Below, piece after piece: positions 1 through 9,887 of a DNA stretch of 64,000 nt. The notes under the pieces were generated by a model. It worked only from the letters and a program-made list of their open reading frames with translations. It did not search any database and was not told the origin of the DNA. The first letter of the stretch is position 1. The number at the start of each line of letters is the position of its first letter. This DNA comes from Pyrinomonadaceae bacterium. GTDB lineage: Bacteria > Acidobacteriota > Blastocatellia > Pyrinomonadales > Pyrinomonadaceae. Made by a program: the position numbers and the translations under genes. The DNA lies in contig DASVGG010000130.1 of assembly GCA_036379655.1 (NCBI GenBank), positions 6,272 to 70,271 of the forward strand, given 5' to 3'.

Positions 1-669
1 TTCCAGCGCGCACTGAAAATTAAGCCGGACAACGCCTACTTTCACCAGGCGCTCGCGGAGGTCTACGAGAAGGCGGGCAGGACGGACGAGGCCGCGAAGG
101 AGCGCGCGGAGTACCAGAGGCTCGACCCCAACGTGCGCGCGCGGACGCTGCTCGCCGCCGGCAAGTTCGAGGAGGCCGCCGCCGAGGCGCGCAAGGTCTC
201 GAAGGCCAACGCGGAGACGCACTACATCCTCGGCGGCGCGCTCCTCGGACTCAAACAGCCGGCGGAGGCGCTCGCCTCCTTCCGCGCGGCCGTCCGCCTC
301 GACCCGAAGCACGCCAACGCATACTTCCAGTCGGGTAACGCCTACGACCAACTGAACCAGCAGGAGGAGGCCGCCAGGGCGTTCCGCGAAGTCACGCGCA
401 TCAACCCGAAGGATGCCGACGCCTTCTACAACCTCGGCAACACGTACAACAAGCTGAACCGCCCGAAGGAGGCCGCCGAAGCCTTCGCGGCGGCCGTCCG
501 CCTGCGCCCCGGCGACGCCGAAGCACGCGTCCGCCTCGCCGTCGCACAGCTCAAACAGGGCAACGCCTCGGCCGCGCGCGAACAGCAGGAGGCGCTCAAG
601 TCAATCGACGCCGAGGCCGCCAAACAGCTCCAACTGGCTATCGACACGGACGTTCAAAAACAGCCCTGA
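1..669 (+). CDS. TPR-repeat protein (5' end outside window)
   Basis: Frame 1 is open from base 1 (FQRALKIKPDNAYFHQALAEVYEKAG...) into the listed 133..669 ORF. It shows repeated 34-aa TPR-like units (A..F..A....P....A...LG..Y). Confidence 0.8.
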   Translation, partial: FQRALKIKPDNAYFHQALAEVYEKAGRTDEAAKERAEYQRLDPNVRARTLLAAGKFEEAAAEARKVSKANAETHYILGGALLGLKQPAEALASFRAAVRLDPKHANAYFQSGNAYDQLNQQEEAARAFREVTRINPKDADAFYNLGNTYNKLNRPKEAAEAFAAAVRLRPGDAEARVRLAVAQLKQGNASAAREQQEALKSIDAEAAKQLQLAIDTDVQKQP

Positions 670-738
670 GTCCCCTCTCTCCCCCGTGCCCGCCGGCGCG
701 AGACGCTTTTACAGATTCTAAGTTGTCCGTCTAAATCC

Positions 739-778
739 GAAGGGCTTCGGGAATGACTTCCCGAAGCCTTTCGTTTTC
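739..778. terminator. hairpin between convergent genes (putative bidirectional terminator)
   Basis: Stem GAAGGGCTTCGGGAA (739-753) pairs with TTCCCGAAGCCTTTC (758-772) with 1 mismatch, has a 4-nt loop, and is followed by GTTTTC. It lies between the TPR gene stop and the yhhQ stop. Confidence 0.55.
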
Positions 779-802
779 AGTTCGACGTGCGCGTCTTCGG
801 CG

Positions 803-1507
803 TCAGGTCCGCAGTGTGAACGGGTTGAAGTCCGTGCCGCGGTCGTAGAAGTCTTCGCGCTCGGCGCGCTTGAGGAACCCCACGACGAGGTACGTCACAG
901 GCGTCATCAACGTCTCGACGCCGACCTTCACGAAGAAGTTGGAGACCATCACCGCCGCCACCAGTTGCGGCGGCCAACTGCCGAGGAAGGCGAGCGGGTA
1001 GAAGATGAGCGAGTCCACGCCCTGCCCGACGATTGTCGAGCCGATGGTCCTCATCCAGAGGAACCGCCCCTCGGTCTTGAGCTTCATCTTCGCCAGCACG
1101 AACGAGTTGATGAAGTCGCCCGCCCAGAACGCCGCCAGCGAAGCCGCCACGATGCGCGGCGTCGAGCCGTAGACGATCTCGTAAGCGGCCTGGTGCGGCC
1201 AGTCCGGTGCCGGCGGCAGCGCAATCACCCCCTGGCTCATGACCGACGCGAAGATGAGCGCCCCGAAGCCCGCCCAGATCACCCGCCGCGTGCGCGCGTA
1301 GCCGTAGACCTCGGTCAGGATGTCGCCGAAGATGTAGCTGATCGGGAAGAAGAAGACGCCCGCGCCCACCGAGTAGCCCGCGATGCGGCAGACCTTCCCG
1401 ACGCCGATCAGGCTGGAGCAGAGCAGCACGGTCACGAACGCGGCCATGACGAAGTCGTAGTACTTGTAGACGCGCCTCTGCGAGGCGGCGGCGGCTCCTG
1501 TCCCCAA
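803..1507 (-). CDS. yhhQ: queuosine-precursor transporter, YhhQ/VUT (DUF165) family
   Basis: Polytopic membrane protein with the family-typical stretch FFFPISYIFGDILTEVYGYARTRRVIWAGF and YhhQ-like overall length. Confidence 0.8.
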   Translation of the reverse strand: MGTGAAAASQRRVYKYYDFVMAAFVTVLLCSSLIGVGKVCRIAGYSVGAGVFFFPISYIFGDILTEVYGYARTRRVIWAGFGALIFASVMSQGVIALPPAPDWPHQAAYEIVYGSTPRIVAASLAAFWAGDFINSFVLAKMKLKTEGRFLWMRTIGSTIVGQGVDSLIFYPLAFLGSWPPQLVAAVMVSNFFVKVGVETLMTPVTYLVVGFLKRAEREDFYDRGTDFNPFTLRT

Positions 1508-1522
1508 CAGTCTTTACCTCCC

Positions 1523-2008
1523 TTAAGCCCTATGGCCGAGGAATATCTCGACCAACTCTTCCAACCCCTTTGCGTCCTCTTCGTCGAAGCGGCCGAGGGA
1601 GGGGCTGTCGAGGTCGAGCACGCCGTACAGCTCTTCACCCTTTATCAACGGGACGACTATCTCTGAGTTCGACGCCGAGTCGCACGCGATGTGTCCAGGG
1701 AACTCGTGGACGTTCACGACCACGACGGTCCTTCGCGTCGCGGCCGCCGTCCCGCACACGCCGCTCCCGACGTGTATGCGCACGCAGGCGGGCTTACCCT
1801 GAAACGGGCCGAGCACCAGCTCGCCGCCCTTGAGCAGATAGAAGCCCGCCCAATTCAAGTCCGGCAGTGTGTGAAAGAGTAAGGCGGAGAAGTTCGCCGC
1901 GTTGGCGATGAAATCGTCTTCACCCTCGACGAGCGCGCGCAACTGGGCCGCCAGTTCCGCGTAAGTCTCGCCCTTCGTCTGCCCCTTCGTCGCCGTCAAC
2001 GTATGCAT
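1523..2008 (-). CDS. msrC: free methionine-(R)-sulfoxide reductase, GAF domain (MsrC/YebR-like)
   Basis: Near-colinear with E. coli YebR as I recall it: NWAGFYLL...LVLGPFQGKPACVRI.VG.GVCGTAA...GHIACDSASNSEIVVPL...GVLDLDS...GRFDEED. I prefer the start at MHTLTAT (ATG 2008) because a GGGGAG SD lies about 8 nt upstream. Confidence 0.85.
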   Translation of the reverse strand: MHTLTATKGQTKGETYAELAAQLRALVEGEDDFIANAANFSALLFHTLPDLNWAGFYLLKGGELVLGPFQGKPACVRIHVGSGVCGTAAATRRTVVVVNVHEFPGHIACDSASNSEIVVPLIKGEELYGVLDLDSPSLGRFDEEDAKGLEELVEIFLGHRA

Positions 2009-2132
2009 TATCGGCGTCTCCCCTTCTCCTCCGCCCCAAGACAAAACGGCCGCATTATTGCGGGCGGGAATTTATTCTACGGCCGCTGGGATGAACTCGA
2101 CAGTTGCCAGAGCATACTTTACACCCGCCAGC

Positions 2133-2565
2133 TCAAACGGGAGCGGCAGCTTTCTCATACATCCGGCGGTACGTGCGCAAGCGGTGGCAAGTTTGCGCAT
2201 ACCACGTCGCACTTCTCTATCTCTTTCAACAGCCGCGCGTCCGTGCAGCCCTTGGAGACAAGGTTGGCGACTGCGGCCTCTTTTTTTGTACCCTCGCGGT
2301 GGTCAAGCTCCATCACCCACGGGTGGAAAGTCCCGCCGCAATCCTGACAGGGCCGCTGTTTGACTTCTAACAGAATGTTGCGCAGACGCTTACGCTGTCT
2401 GTTCTTATTCTGGCGGTTCTTCGTGATGAAGCGCGACTTGTGTCGCTGATAGTAGAGACGGTGGTAAGCGCGCTGGCACGACTTACACTTGCTCTGGAGA
2501 GCGTCGCCTTTGCGGTTGAACTCATCCACAGACTTTTCCAGCGAGCAGTTCGAACAGACTTTCAT
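2133..2565 (-). pseudogene. HNH endonuclease, frameshifted inside the CANCH motif
   Basis: The protein starts MKVCSNC..CKSCQ...CQDCGG...ELDHREG...ANLV...KCDVVCAN. The as-read frame then gives LPPLAHVPPDV* (stop at 2155). Skipping one T (plus-strand A at 2189/2190) restores CHRLRTYRRMYEKAAAPV* (stop at 2133-2135). The gene is visibly A/T-richer than its neighbours. Confidence 0.6.
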
Positions 2566-2618
2566 CTCTTCGCGCACAGCTTTAAGCCCTCGTCGTGAAG
2601 TGAAAGTCGGCGGAAAGC

Positions 2619-2652
2619 AAAAGCCTCCAACCAATGGCGGTTGGAGGCTTTT
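2619..2652 (-). terminator. rho-independent-type hairpin downstream of tRNA-Pro
   Basis: AAAAGCCTCCAACC (2619-2632) pairs perfectly with GGTTGGAGGCTTTT (2639-2652) around a 6-nt loop, with T-rich flanks. It separates the tRNA from the HNH gene. Confidence 0.6.
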
Positions 2653-2657
2653 GTGTA

Positions 2658-2731
2658 TCGGGATAGGCAGATTCGAACTGCCGACCTCTCGCACCCCAAG
2701 CGAGCGCGCTACCAGGCTGCGCCATATCCCG
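2658..2731 (-). tRNA. tRNA-Pro (anticodon GGG)
   Basis: The reverse complement folds as a cloverleaf: CGGGATA-TG-GCGC-AGCCTGGTA-GCGC-G-CTCGC-TTGGGGT-GCGAG-AGGTC-GGCAG-TTCGAAT-CTGCC-TATCCCG-A. The anticodon loop is TTGGGGT and CCA is not encoded. Confidence 0.9.
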
Positions 2732-2742
2732 TGACGGCGTTT

Positions 2743-2771
2743 AGTATCTACGGAAATTTTATTTTGGTCAA
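2743..2771 (-). promoter_or_regulatory. sigma70-like promoter for tRNA-Pro
   Basis: On the minus strand: TTGACC (2771-2766), a 17-nt A/T-rich spacer, then GATACT (2748-2743). This places the start about 10 nt upstream of the tRNA 5' end. Confidence 0.4.
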
Positions 2772-2786
2772 ATGAGGCGCGCGGGT

Positions 2787-3341
2787 TTAGCGACGGTGCG
2801 AGTCGGGGCGCGGGTCTTCGGCTTCGAGGAGGAGCATGATGTCACGCAGTTGCTCGCGCAGGCGGCGGAGGGCGGCGCGGCCTTCGTCGGTCTGAGGGGG
2901 TTCGGGCCGCGCGGCGTAGGCGTTCGGCGCGGGCGGCGGCGCGGGTTCGGCGTGCTCGTCTTCGAAGTCGTGCGGGGGCTCTTCCGCCTCGGGCAAAGGT
3001 GTGGGAATGAACTGCGGGACGGGCGGTGCGCTCATGGCCTGCGCGCCCATGTCGGGGGTGACGACTTTGAGTTTACTGGCGCCGCGTATCTCGTTCGTCA
3101 GGCGCTTCTTCGCGCCGGCGATGGTGTACTGGTCTTCGTAGAGCAGTTCCTTGATGCGCAGCACCATCTCCACGTCGCGCTTGCGGTATGTGCGCTGGCC
3201 GGCGCGGTTCTTCTGCGGCGCGAGCATCGGGAACTCAGACTCCCAGTAGCGGAGCACGTGCGCCTGTATCCCCGTGATGTCGCACACCTCTCCGATCTTG
3301 AAGAAGAGCTTCTCGGGGATGGAGACGGCGGCTCGGTTCAT
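2787..3341 (-). CDS. MerR-family transcriptional regulator
   Basis: N-terminal [57 protein letters not shown], followed by a Pro/Glu-rich tail. The start is taken at MNRAAV (3341). Confidence 0.8.
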   Translation of the reverse strand: MNRAAVSIPEKLFFKIGEVCDITGIQAHVLRYWESEFPMLAPQKNRAGQRTYRKRDVEMVLRIKELLYEDQYTIAGAKKRLTNEIRGASKLKVVTPDMGAQAMSAPPVPQFIPTPLPEAEEPPHDFEDEHAEPAPPPAPNAYAARPEPPQTDEGRAALRRLREQLRDIMLLLEAEDPRPDSHRR

Positions 3342-3514
3342 AACTGAAGGGAGACCCGAAAGGGGCGCGACTTCGGTTCGCGTCCGTCGAACAAGCACTG
3401 TTGCGATTTTGACTGTTGACGGCTCGCCCCCCGTCGAAGGCGAGAAGTTAAACTGGCGCAATGTTAACCGCGCCTCAAACCCTTGTCAACGTTATTGTTA
3501 GCGTTTGGCGGGAC

Positions 3515-4495
3515 TTAGCCCTCGCGCGGGTCGAGCATGATGAGGCGGTTGACGGGGTCGAAGGTGAGGCGGAACGGCCGGAGCGCGTCGCGGCCGAGGA
3601 TGACGGGCGCGCCCTTCTCCGCGCGCACGAGCAGGTCGGTTGGGACGCCGCGCAGGACGAGCGGGCCGACGCTCACCGTCGCCGCGCGCACGCGCCGCGC
3701 GTGCACTTCCCCTCCCGCGATGTCGCGCGCGCCGCGACCGCGACCGCCTTCGTTAACGAGCAGCCCCAACGCGCGCGCCGCCGACGCGTCAACCGCGAGG
3801 CCGAAGCCCGAGCCCGTATCAATCAACGCCCGACGCCCCTCGGCGAGCATGACGAACGGGCGTCGCGCGCCGCCTTCGGTCAGCCAGGGCACGACCGCGC
3901 CTTCGGGCGGCGCGGCGCCCGCGCGGAGCGGCTGTGTGCGCGGGTCGAAGAAACTGAGCCGGCCAGCGGGGATGTCTATGACGAAGCCGATTGTGGTGAA
4001 GACTTCCGAAGGGTCGAGGACGCCGTCCACGCCGTCGGGCAGTCCCGGCGCGACGACGAAGAGGCCGCGCGCCGGCAGCGTGTTCTCGCGCGTGCCGAGC
4101 GCGAGCGTGCGCACGAAAGCCTTCTTCGCGCCACCCGCGCTCGCGCCGCTCAAACCGCCCAGACGGATGCCCCCGCCTCCGACTTCAACCTCGACGCGCG
4201 CCTCGCTCGCCGCCCTCTGAGAGAGCAGCGTCGCGCCCGCGCCCGTGTCGAGGGCGAAGGTGAAAGGCCCGGCGCCGTTGACCCACGTCCTGACGAGCAG
4301 GCCACGCCCGTCGGACTCGCGGAAACTGACGGGCTCTGGGAGCGCCGCCGTCCCGCGCGCCTCTACCCTTGCGCCCTGCCACAGACGGGAACGGGCGGCC
4401 CCGGCATTCGCAGGGGTCGCCCGCCCGAAGAGTAGCAGCGCCAGGAGCAGAGCCGAAGTCACGCCCGCGAGGGCCGTCTTCAGACTTCTACGCAT
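3515..4495 (-). CDS. secreted retropepsin-like aspartic protease (two-lobed)
   Basis: Signal peptide (MRRSLKTALAGVTSALLLALLLFG...ANA) and two D-T-G motifs (FALDTGAGATLL and ALIDTGSGFGL). Confidence 0.7.
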   Translation of the reverse strand: MRRSLKTALAGVTSALLLALLLFGRATPANAGAARSRLWQGARVEARGTAALPEPVSFRESDGRGLLVRTWVNGAGPFTFALDTGAGATLLSQRAASEARVEVEVGGGGIRLGGLSGASAGGAKKAFVRTLALGTRENTLPARGLFVVAPGLPDGVDGVLDPSEVFTTIGFVIDIPAGRLSFFDPRTQPLRAGAAPPEGAVVPWLTEGGARRPFVMLAEGRRALIDTGSGFGLAVDASAARALGLLVNEGGRGRGARDIAGGEVHARRVRAATVSVGPLVLRGVPTDLLVRAEKGAPVILGRDALRPFRLTFDPVNRLIMLDPREG

Positions 4496-4510
4496 CGGCG
4501 TCGCCCTTTG

Positions 4511-5101
4511 TTAGTAGTTGCGGTTGCGCTTGCGCAGCTTGTACGTGTAGAGCGCCGAGCCGCCGCCGCCCGCGAGCGCGCCGATGGCCGCGCCCTTCTT
4601 GCCGCCGACGAGCCCGCCGATAAGAGCGCCGCCGCCCGCGCCCATCGCGACCGTCAACTTGTCGCGGTGCTTCTGCCAGAAGGAGCGACCCTTGGTCTGG
4701 CCGTAGTCGTAGTAGACGCGGCGCGGAGCAGCCGCGCGACGAACGGTGCGACGCGCGGGAGCGGTGTTAACGACGCGCGTGGTCCTCACCGCCGCCGGAG
4801 CGGCGGCCGTCAGATTCGACTCGCGAGCCGCCTCGACACCCTCAAGGAAGCCGTCCTTGAAAGCGGCGCGCTCCTCCTCGGTCATGTTCTTCGTCTCGTT
4901 GTTCAGCTCGTTTTCGAGCATGTTCTTCTGCTCGTCGGCCGGGTTGACGGTCGTGGCCTCCCCCGCCACGAGCGACTTCGGCGCTTCGACCTTGGCGATC
5001 TCCGGTCCGTTGTTGCTCGGGCGCATCACGAACGCGCCGACGGTGCCGCCGAGCAGTGCCGCCACGAGCGCCACGGGCAGAATTTTGTTCGTCGTCGTCA
5101 T
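4511..5101 (-). CDS. hypothetical membrane-anchored protein with C-terminal glycine-zipper
   Basis: N-terminal TM helix, a charged linker, and a C-terminal AMGAGGGALIGGLVGGKKGAAIGALAGGGGSALY. A GAGGAG SD lies 10 nt upstream of the ATG. Confidence 0.5.
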   Translation of the reverse strand: MTTTNKILPVALVAALLGGTVGAFVMRPSNNGPEIAKVEAPKSLVAGEATTVNPADEQKNMLENELNNETKNMTEEERAAFKDGFLEGVEAARESNLTAAAPAAVRTTRVVNTAPARRTVRRAAAPRRVYYDYGQTKGRSFWQKHRDKLTVAMGAGGGALIGGLVGGKKGAAIGALAGGGGSALYTYKLRKRNRNY

Positions 5102-5375
5102 GGGTCAGTGTCTCCTCAAGGTTCAAAAATTCTTAATGACGCTGGTGAATGAGCGTGCACACCGGGGAGAGTGGCAACTGCCGTTCCTCTGCGAAGCACA
5201 CACGGCAGCACCTCCGACAATTTAGCAAACTCGCGCGCCCTTGTGCTGTTTCCAGGGCCGTCGCAATCGTTTTGTCTCGAAATTGTAAGAAGGGACGTGC
5301 GCGCCCGCTACGTATTCGCACGAACGGCGTACACGATATGGGGCCGCGCGTTGACGATATCCTCAACGGATTGCG

Positions 5376-5406
5376 TTGGACGCCCCGCGAGTCCGAACGC
5401 TATAAT
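5376..5406 (+). promoter_or_regulatory. possible promoter of the aminotransferase gene
   Basis: TTGGAC (5376-5381), a 19-nt spacer, then a perfect TATAAT (5401-5406). The spacer is long, so confidence is low. Confidence 0.3.
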
Positions 5407-5448
5407 CCGACATTGGTCAAATCCACTCATAAAGTTGAGGAGCGAGCC

Positions 5449-6618
5449 GTGTCCACGTCCGCTTCGGTTTTCCGCCTCGCAAAGCGGCTTGAGGGTGTCG
5501 GCTTCTCCGACATCGTCAAAATCCGTAACAAGATTCTTGCGCTGCGCTCTGGCGGCGCGCAGGTCTTCCAGTTCGAGGGCGGCGAGCCCTTCCTCGAAAC
5601 ACCCGACCCCATCAAGGAGGCGATGACGCGCGCGCTGGCCGAGAACCGCACGCGCTACGCACCCTCCTCCGGCATTCCCGAACTGCGCGCGGCCATCGCA
5701 GAGAAGCTGCGCGAGCGCAACCGCATCCCCGCGCGTGAAGAGGATGTCATCGTCCTCAACGGCGGCATGCAAGGTCTCTTCGCGGCCTTCCAGTCGGTCG
5801 TGGACCCGGGCGACGAGGTGCTCGTCTTCTCTCCCTTCTGGACGCCCATCCGCGACCTCATCGCACACTGCGAGGGCAAGACCGTCCTCGTCCAAAGCCT
5901 TGAGGCGCGGCGCGAGGGCTTCTACGAGACGCTCGCGCGCCACGCCACCGAGCGGACGCGCGCCATCTACTACAACACGCCGCAGAACCCGACCGGCATC
6001 GTCTTCACGCGCGAGGAGGCGGAGGAGGTGGCGCGGTTCGCGCGCGAGCGTAACCTGGTCGTCATCGCCGACGAGGCTTACGAGGACCTCGTCTACGACG
6101 GCGAGCACGTCTCCATCGCCTCGCTCGAAGGGATGTTCGAGCGGACGATGACCTGCTACACGCTCTCGAAGTCGTACGCGATGACGGGGTGGCGCGTGGG
6201 CTACGCGGTGGCGGCCGAGCCGTGGATGACGGGGCTGAAGAAGTGCCTGCTCTACACGACGAACGGCGTCTCGACGCCGTCGCAGTACGCGGCGGTCGCG
6301 GCGTTCGGACTGCCCACGGAATTTTATGAAGGCATCCGTCGCGCGTACCGCGAGCGGCGCGACCTGCTCGTCTCGGGGCTGAACGAGTTGGGGCTTATCT
6401 GCGAACCGCCGACCGGCGCCTTCTACGCCTTCCCCGACGTATCGCGCGTACACCCCGACAGCCGCAACGCCGCCAACATCCTGCTCGAACGCGCGCAGGT
6501 GGCGACCGTGCCCGGCGTCGTCTTCGGCGAGCACGGCGAGGGCCATCTACGTTTCTCATTCTCGACTTCGCCCGACAACATCCGCGCCGGCCTCGACTCC
6601 CTCCGACAAAATCTCTGA
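5449..6618 (+). CDS. class I/II pyridoxal-phosphate aminotransferase (aspartate aminotransferase-like)
   Basis: PLP-lysine motif YTLSKSYAMTGWRVGY, plus NTPQNPTG and the RFSF tail. The GTG start at 5449 is preceded by a GAGGAG SD. The longer listed ORF (5149) has an implausible N-terminus. Confidence 0.85.
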   Translation: MSTSASVFRLAKRLEGVGFSDIVKIRNKILALRSGGAQVFQFEGGEPFLETPDPIKEAMTRALAENRTRYAPSSGIPELRAAIAEKLRERNRIPAREEDVIVLNGGMQGLFAAFQSVVDPGDEVLVFSPFWTPIRDLIAHCEGKTVLVQSLEARREGFYETLARHATERTRAIYYNTPQNPTGIVFTREEAEEVARFARERNLVVIADEAYEDLVYDGEHVSIASLEGMFERTMTCYTLSKSYAMTGWRVGYAVAAEPWMTGLKKCLLYTTNGVSTPSQYAAVAAFGLPTEFYEGIRRAYRERRDLLVSGLNELGLICEPPTGAFYAFPDVSRVHPDSRNAANILLERAQVATVPGVVFGEHGEGHLRFSFSTSPDNIRAGLDSLRQNL

Positions 6619-6629
6619 GAGAGTGATAA

Positions 6630-7667
6630 GTGATGAGTGACGAGTTGACGGGCGGCGGCGAGTTCGACTTTATCGAGCGCGTCCGCCGCCATGAACTCGC
6701 GCGCTTCACTAAAGAAAAACACTCATCACTCGTCAAAGGCATTGGCGACGACGCGGCTGTGTTGCGGCCGCGCGCGGGCTTCGACCTTGTTATCACGGCG
6801 GACATGTTGGTTGAGGGTGTTGACTTCCGGCTCGGGGGCGGTTGGGCCTCGGCGCGCGACCTCGGGCACAAGGCTCTGGCCGTGTCGCTGTCGGACGCGG
6901 CGGCGATGGGGGCGCGTCCGCGCTTCTGCCTGCTCTCGGTCGGCGTGACGCGCGCGCGTTGGCGCGGGCGTTTTATGGATGAGTTCTATGAGGGCGTGCG
7001 CGAGTTGGCCGAGAGGTTCGGCGTACGCATCATCGGCGGTGATACTTCGAGGACGACGGAGGGTGTCGTCGTTGATTCCGTCGTGCTCGGCGAGGTGCGG
7101 CGCGGGCGGGCGCTGACGCGGGGCGGGGCGCGCGCGGGCGACCAGATATTTGTGACGGGCGCGTTGGGCGGGGCTGCTGGCGGGCTGAAGCTTCTTGAGA
7201 GTGGTCGGGCTCGAACGTCGCGCGGGCGTGGCGCGAGCGGGCTCGTCCGTAGACAGAGGCGGCCCGAGCCGCGCGTCGAGTGGGGCGCGCTGCTTTCGGA
7301 GAAGGGGCTCGCGACGGCGCTCATCGACTTGAGCGACGGCCTCTCGTCAGACCTCGCGCACGTCTGCCGCGAGAGCGGCGTCGGCGCGCGCGTCGAGGCC
7401 GCGAGTCTGCCCTTGGACCCTTTGCTCGCTCAAGCAGGTGTAGGCGCGGACGAGGCGCTCAAGCTCGCGCTCGACGGCGGCGAGGACTTCGAGCTTCTCT
7501 TCACCGCCGACCCGCGTCGCGCCGCGAGGCTCCCGCGCGAGGTCGGAGGGGTGCCCGTGACACGCGTCGGCGAGGTCACGGGCGAGCGCGGCAAGGTGCG
7601 GCTCGTCCGCGACGGGAAGGCGCGTCTGCTCAGGCCCGGCGGCTTCGAGCACTTCGCCCGCGACTAA
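6630..7667 (+). CDS. thiL: thiamine-monophosphate kinase
   Basis: GEFDFI...GIGDDAAV...LVITADMLVEGVDF...GHKALAVSLSDAAAMGA...GGDTS, which matches the AIR-synthase-like ThiL layout. Confidence 0.85.
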   Translation: MMSDELTGGGEFDFIERVRRHELARFTKEKHSSLVKGIGDDAAVLRPRAGFDLVITADMLVEGVDFRLGGGWASARDLGHKALAVSLSDAAAMGARPRFCLLSVGVTRARWRGRFMDEFYEGVRELAERFGVRIIGGDTSRTTEGVVVDSVVLGEVRRGRALTRGGARAGDQIFVTGALGGAAGGLKLLESGRARTSRGRGASGLVRRQRRPEPRVEWGALLSEKGLATALIDLSDGLSSDLAHVCRESGVGARVEAASLPLDPLLAQAGVGADEALKLALDGGEDFELLFTADPRRAARLPREVGGVPVTRVGEVTGERGKVRLVRDGKARLLRPGGFEHFARD

Positions 7668-7755
7668 AAGGTTTGACTGGCCGTCTTTACTTGCCTAGAC
7701 TCTCACACACGAAGTGCTCCCCGGCCCGCGTCAAGTTTTGTTGAGGAGGAACAGC

Positions 7756-8232
7756 ATGATTCTCTACGGCCTTCGTCTTCTCGTCGCGCTCCTGACCTTC
7801 GCCGTCGGCACCGCCGCCGCGTGGCTCCTGGACTTCAAGTCCGCGCCCGACTCCGCCACCGTCTCCGTCGAGCGCGAGGTCTCGACGGTAGCCGTCGCCA
7901 TCCCGCACACGCCGCCATCGCCGCCGTCATACGGTTGCAAGTACGACCGCCGCGTCGTCTCGGGCGGCATCATCAACGGCAAGGCCGTCAGCAAGCCCGC
8001 GCCCGTCTACCCGCCGGCCGCGAAGAAGGCGGGCGTGAGCGGGATGGTCGTCGTGCAGGTCGAGGTCGGCGAGGACGGCAACGTCGTTAAGGCGGAGGCC
8101 GTGAGCGGGCCGGAGATGCTCCGCGAGGCGTCCGAGGAGGCCGCGCTCGCCGCGAAGTTCCCGCCGACGCGGCTCTCGGGACAACCGGTGCGGGTCTCGG
8201 GCGTCGTCACTTACTACTTCATGCTCGATTAG
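7756..8232 (+). CDS. TonB C-terminal domain protein (membrane-anchored)
   Basis: N-terminal TM helix, a Pro-rich linker, and a TonB_C-like KPAPVYPPAAKKAGVSGMVVVQVEVGEDGNVVKAEAVSG...YYF. A GAGGAGG SD lies before ATG 7756. Confidence 0.65.
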   Translation: MILYGLRLLVALLTFAVGTAAAWLLDFKSAPDSATVSVEREVSTVAVAIPHTPPSPPSYGCKYDRRVVSGGIINGKAVSKPAPVYPPAAKKAGVSGMVVVQVEVGEDGNVVKAEAVSGPEMLREASEEAALAAKFPPTRLSGQPVRVSGVVTYYFMLD

Positions 8233-8238
8233 TCTTTA

Positions 8239-8331
8239 AGTAGCACGATGAAGTAGGAACGATGAACGATGAACTGAAGGCATTCTCGTCTTACAGTTCA
8301 TCGTTCATCGTTCCTACTTCATCGTGCTACT
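8239..8331. repeat. perfect 38-bp stem-loop, GAACGMTGAAC family
   Basis: Left arm AGTAGCACGATGAAGTAGGAACGATGAACGATGAACTG (8239-8276) is the exact reverse complement of 8294-8331, with a 17-nt loop. Confidence 0.95.
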
Positions 8332-8366
8332 GACGGTCGGGCTACTGCCTTAACGTTCAACGACAG

Positions 8367-9770
<1,404 letters not shown>

Positions 9771-9785
9771 CTCTTACTTAAAAAC

Positions 9786-9882
9786 CCTTCGTGACCTTGG
9801 TGCATACCTTCGTGTCCTTTGTGGTTAAGTCGGACGTGCTTAACCACAAAGGACACGAAGGTATGCACCAAGGTCACGAAGG
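9786..9882. repeat. perfect 44-bp stem-loop built from CCTTNGTG words
   Basis: 9786-9829 (CCTTCGTGACCTTGGTGCATACCTTCGTGTCCTTTGTGGTTAAG) is the exact reverse complement of 9839-9882, with a 9-nt loop. The 3' arm ends 5 nt before the next start codon. Confidence 0.95.
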
Positions 9883-9887
9883 AATGA

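Noticed and set aside
1508-1522. A preQ1 riboswitch upstream of yhhQ.
   Set aside because: Only 15 nt separate yhhQ from the upstream msrC stop, so there is no room for an aptamer. yhhQ appears to be co-transcribed with msrC.
2566-2694. The upstream part of listed ORF 2155..2694.
   Set aside because: It runs through the tRNA-Pro terminator and into the tRNA itself. The Cys-rich HNH protein starts naturally at MKVCSNC (2565).
2044-2787. An integrated prophage or island at tRNA-Pro.
   Set aside because: Only a single frameshifted HNH gene is present. There is no integrase. I could not find a direct repeat of the tRNA 3' end in the flanks.
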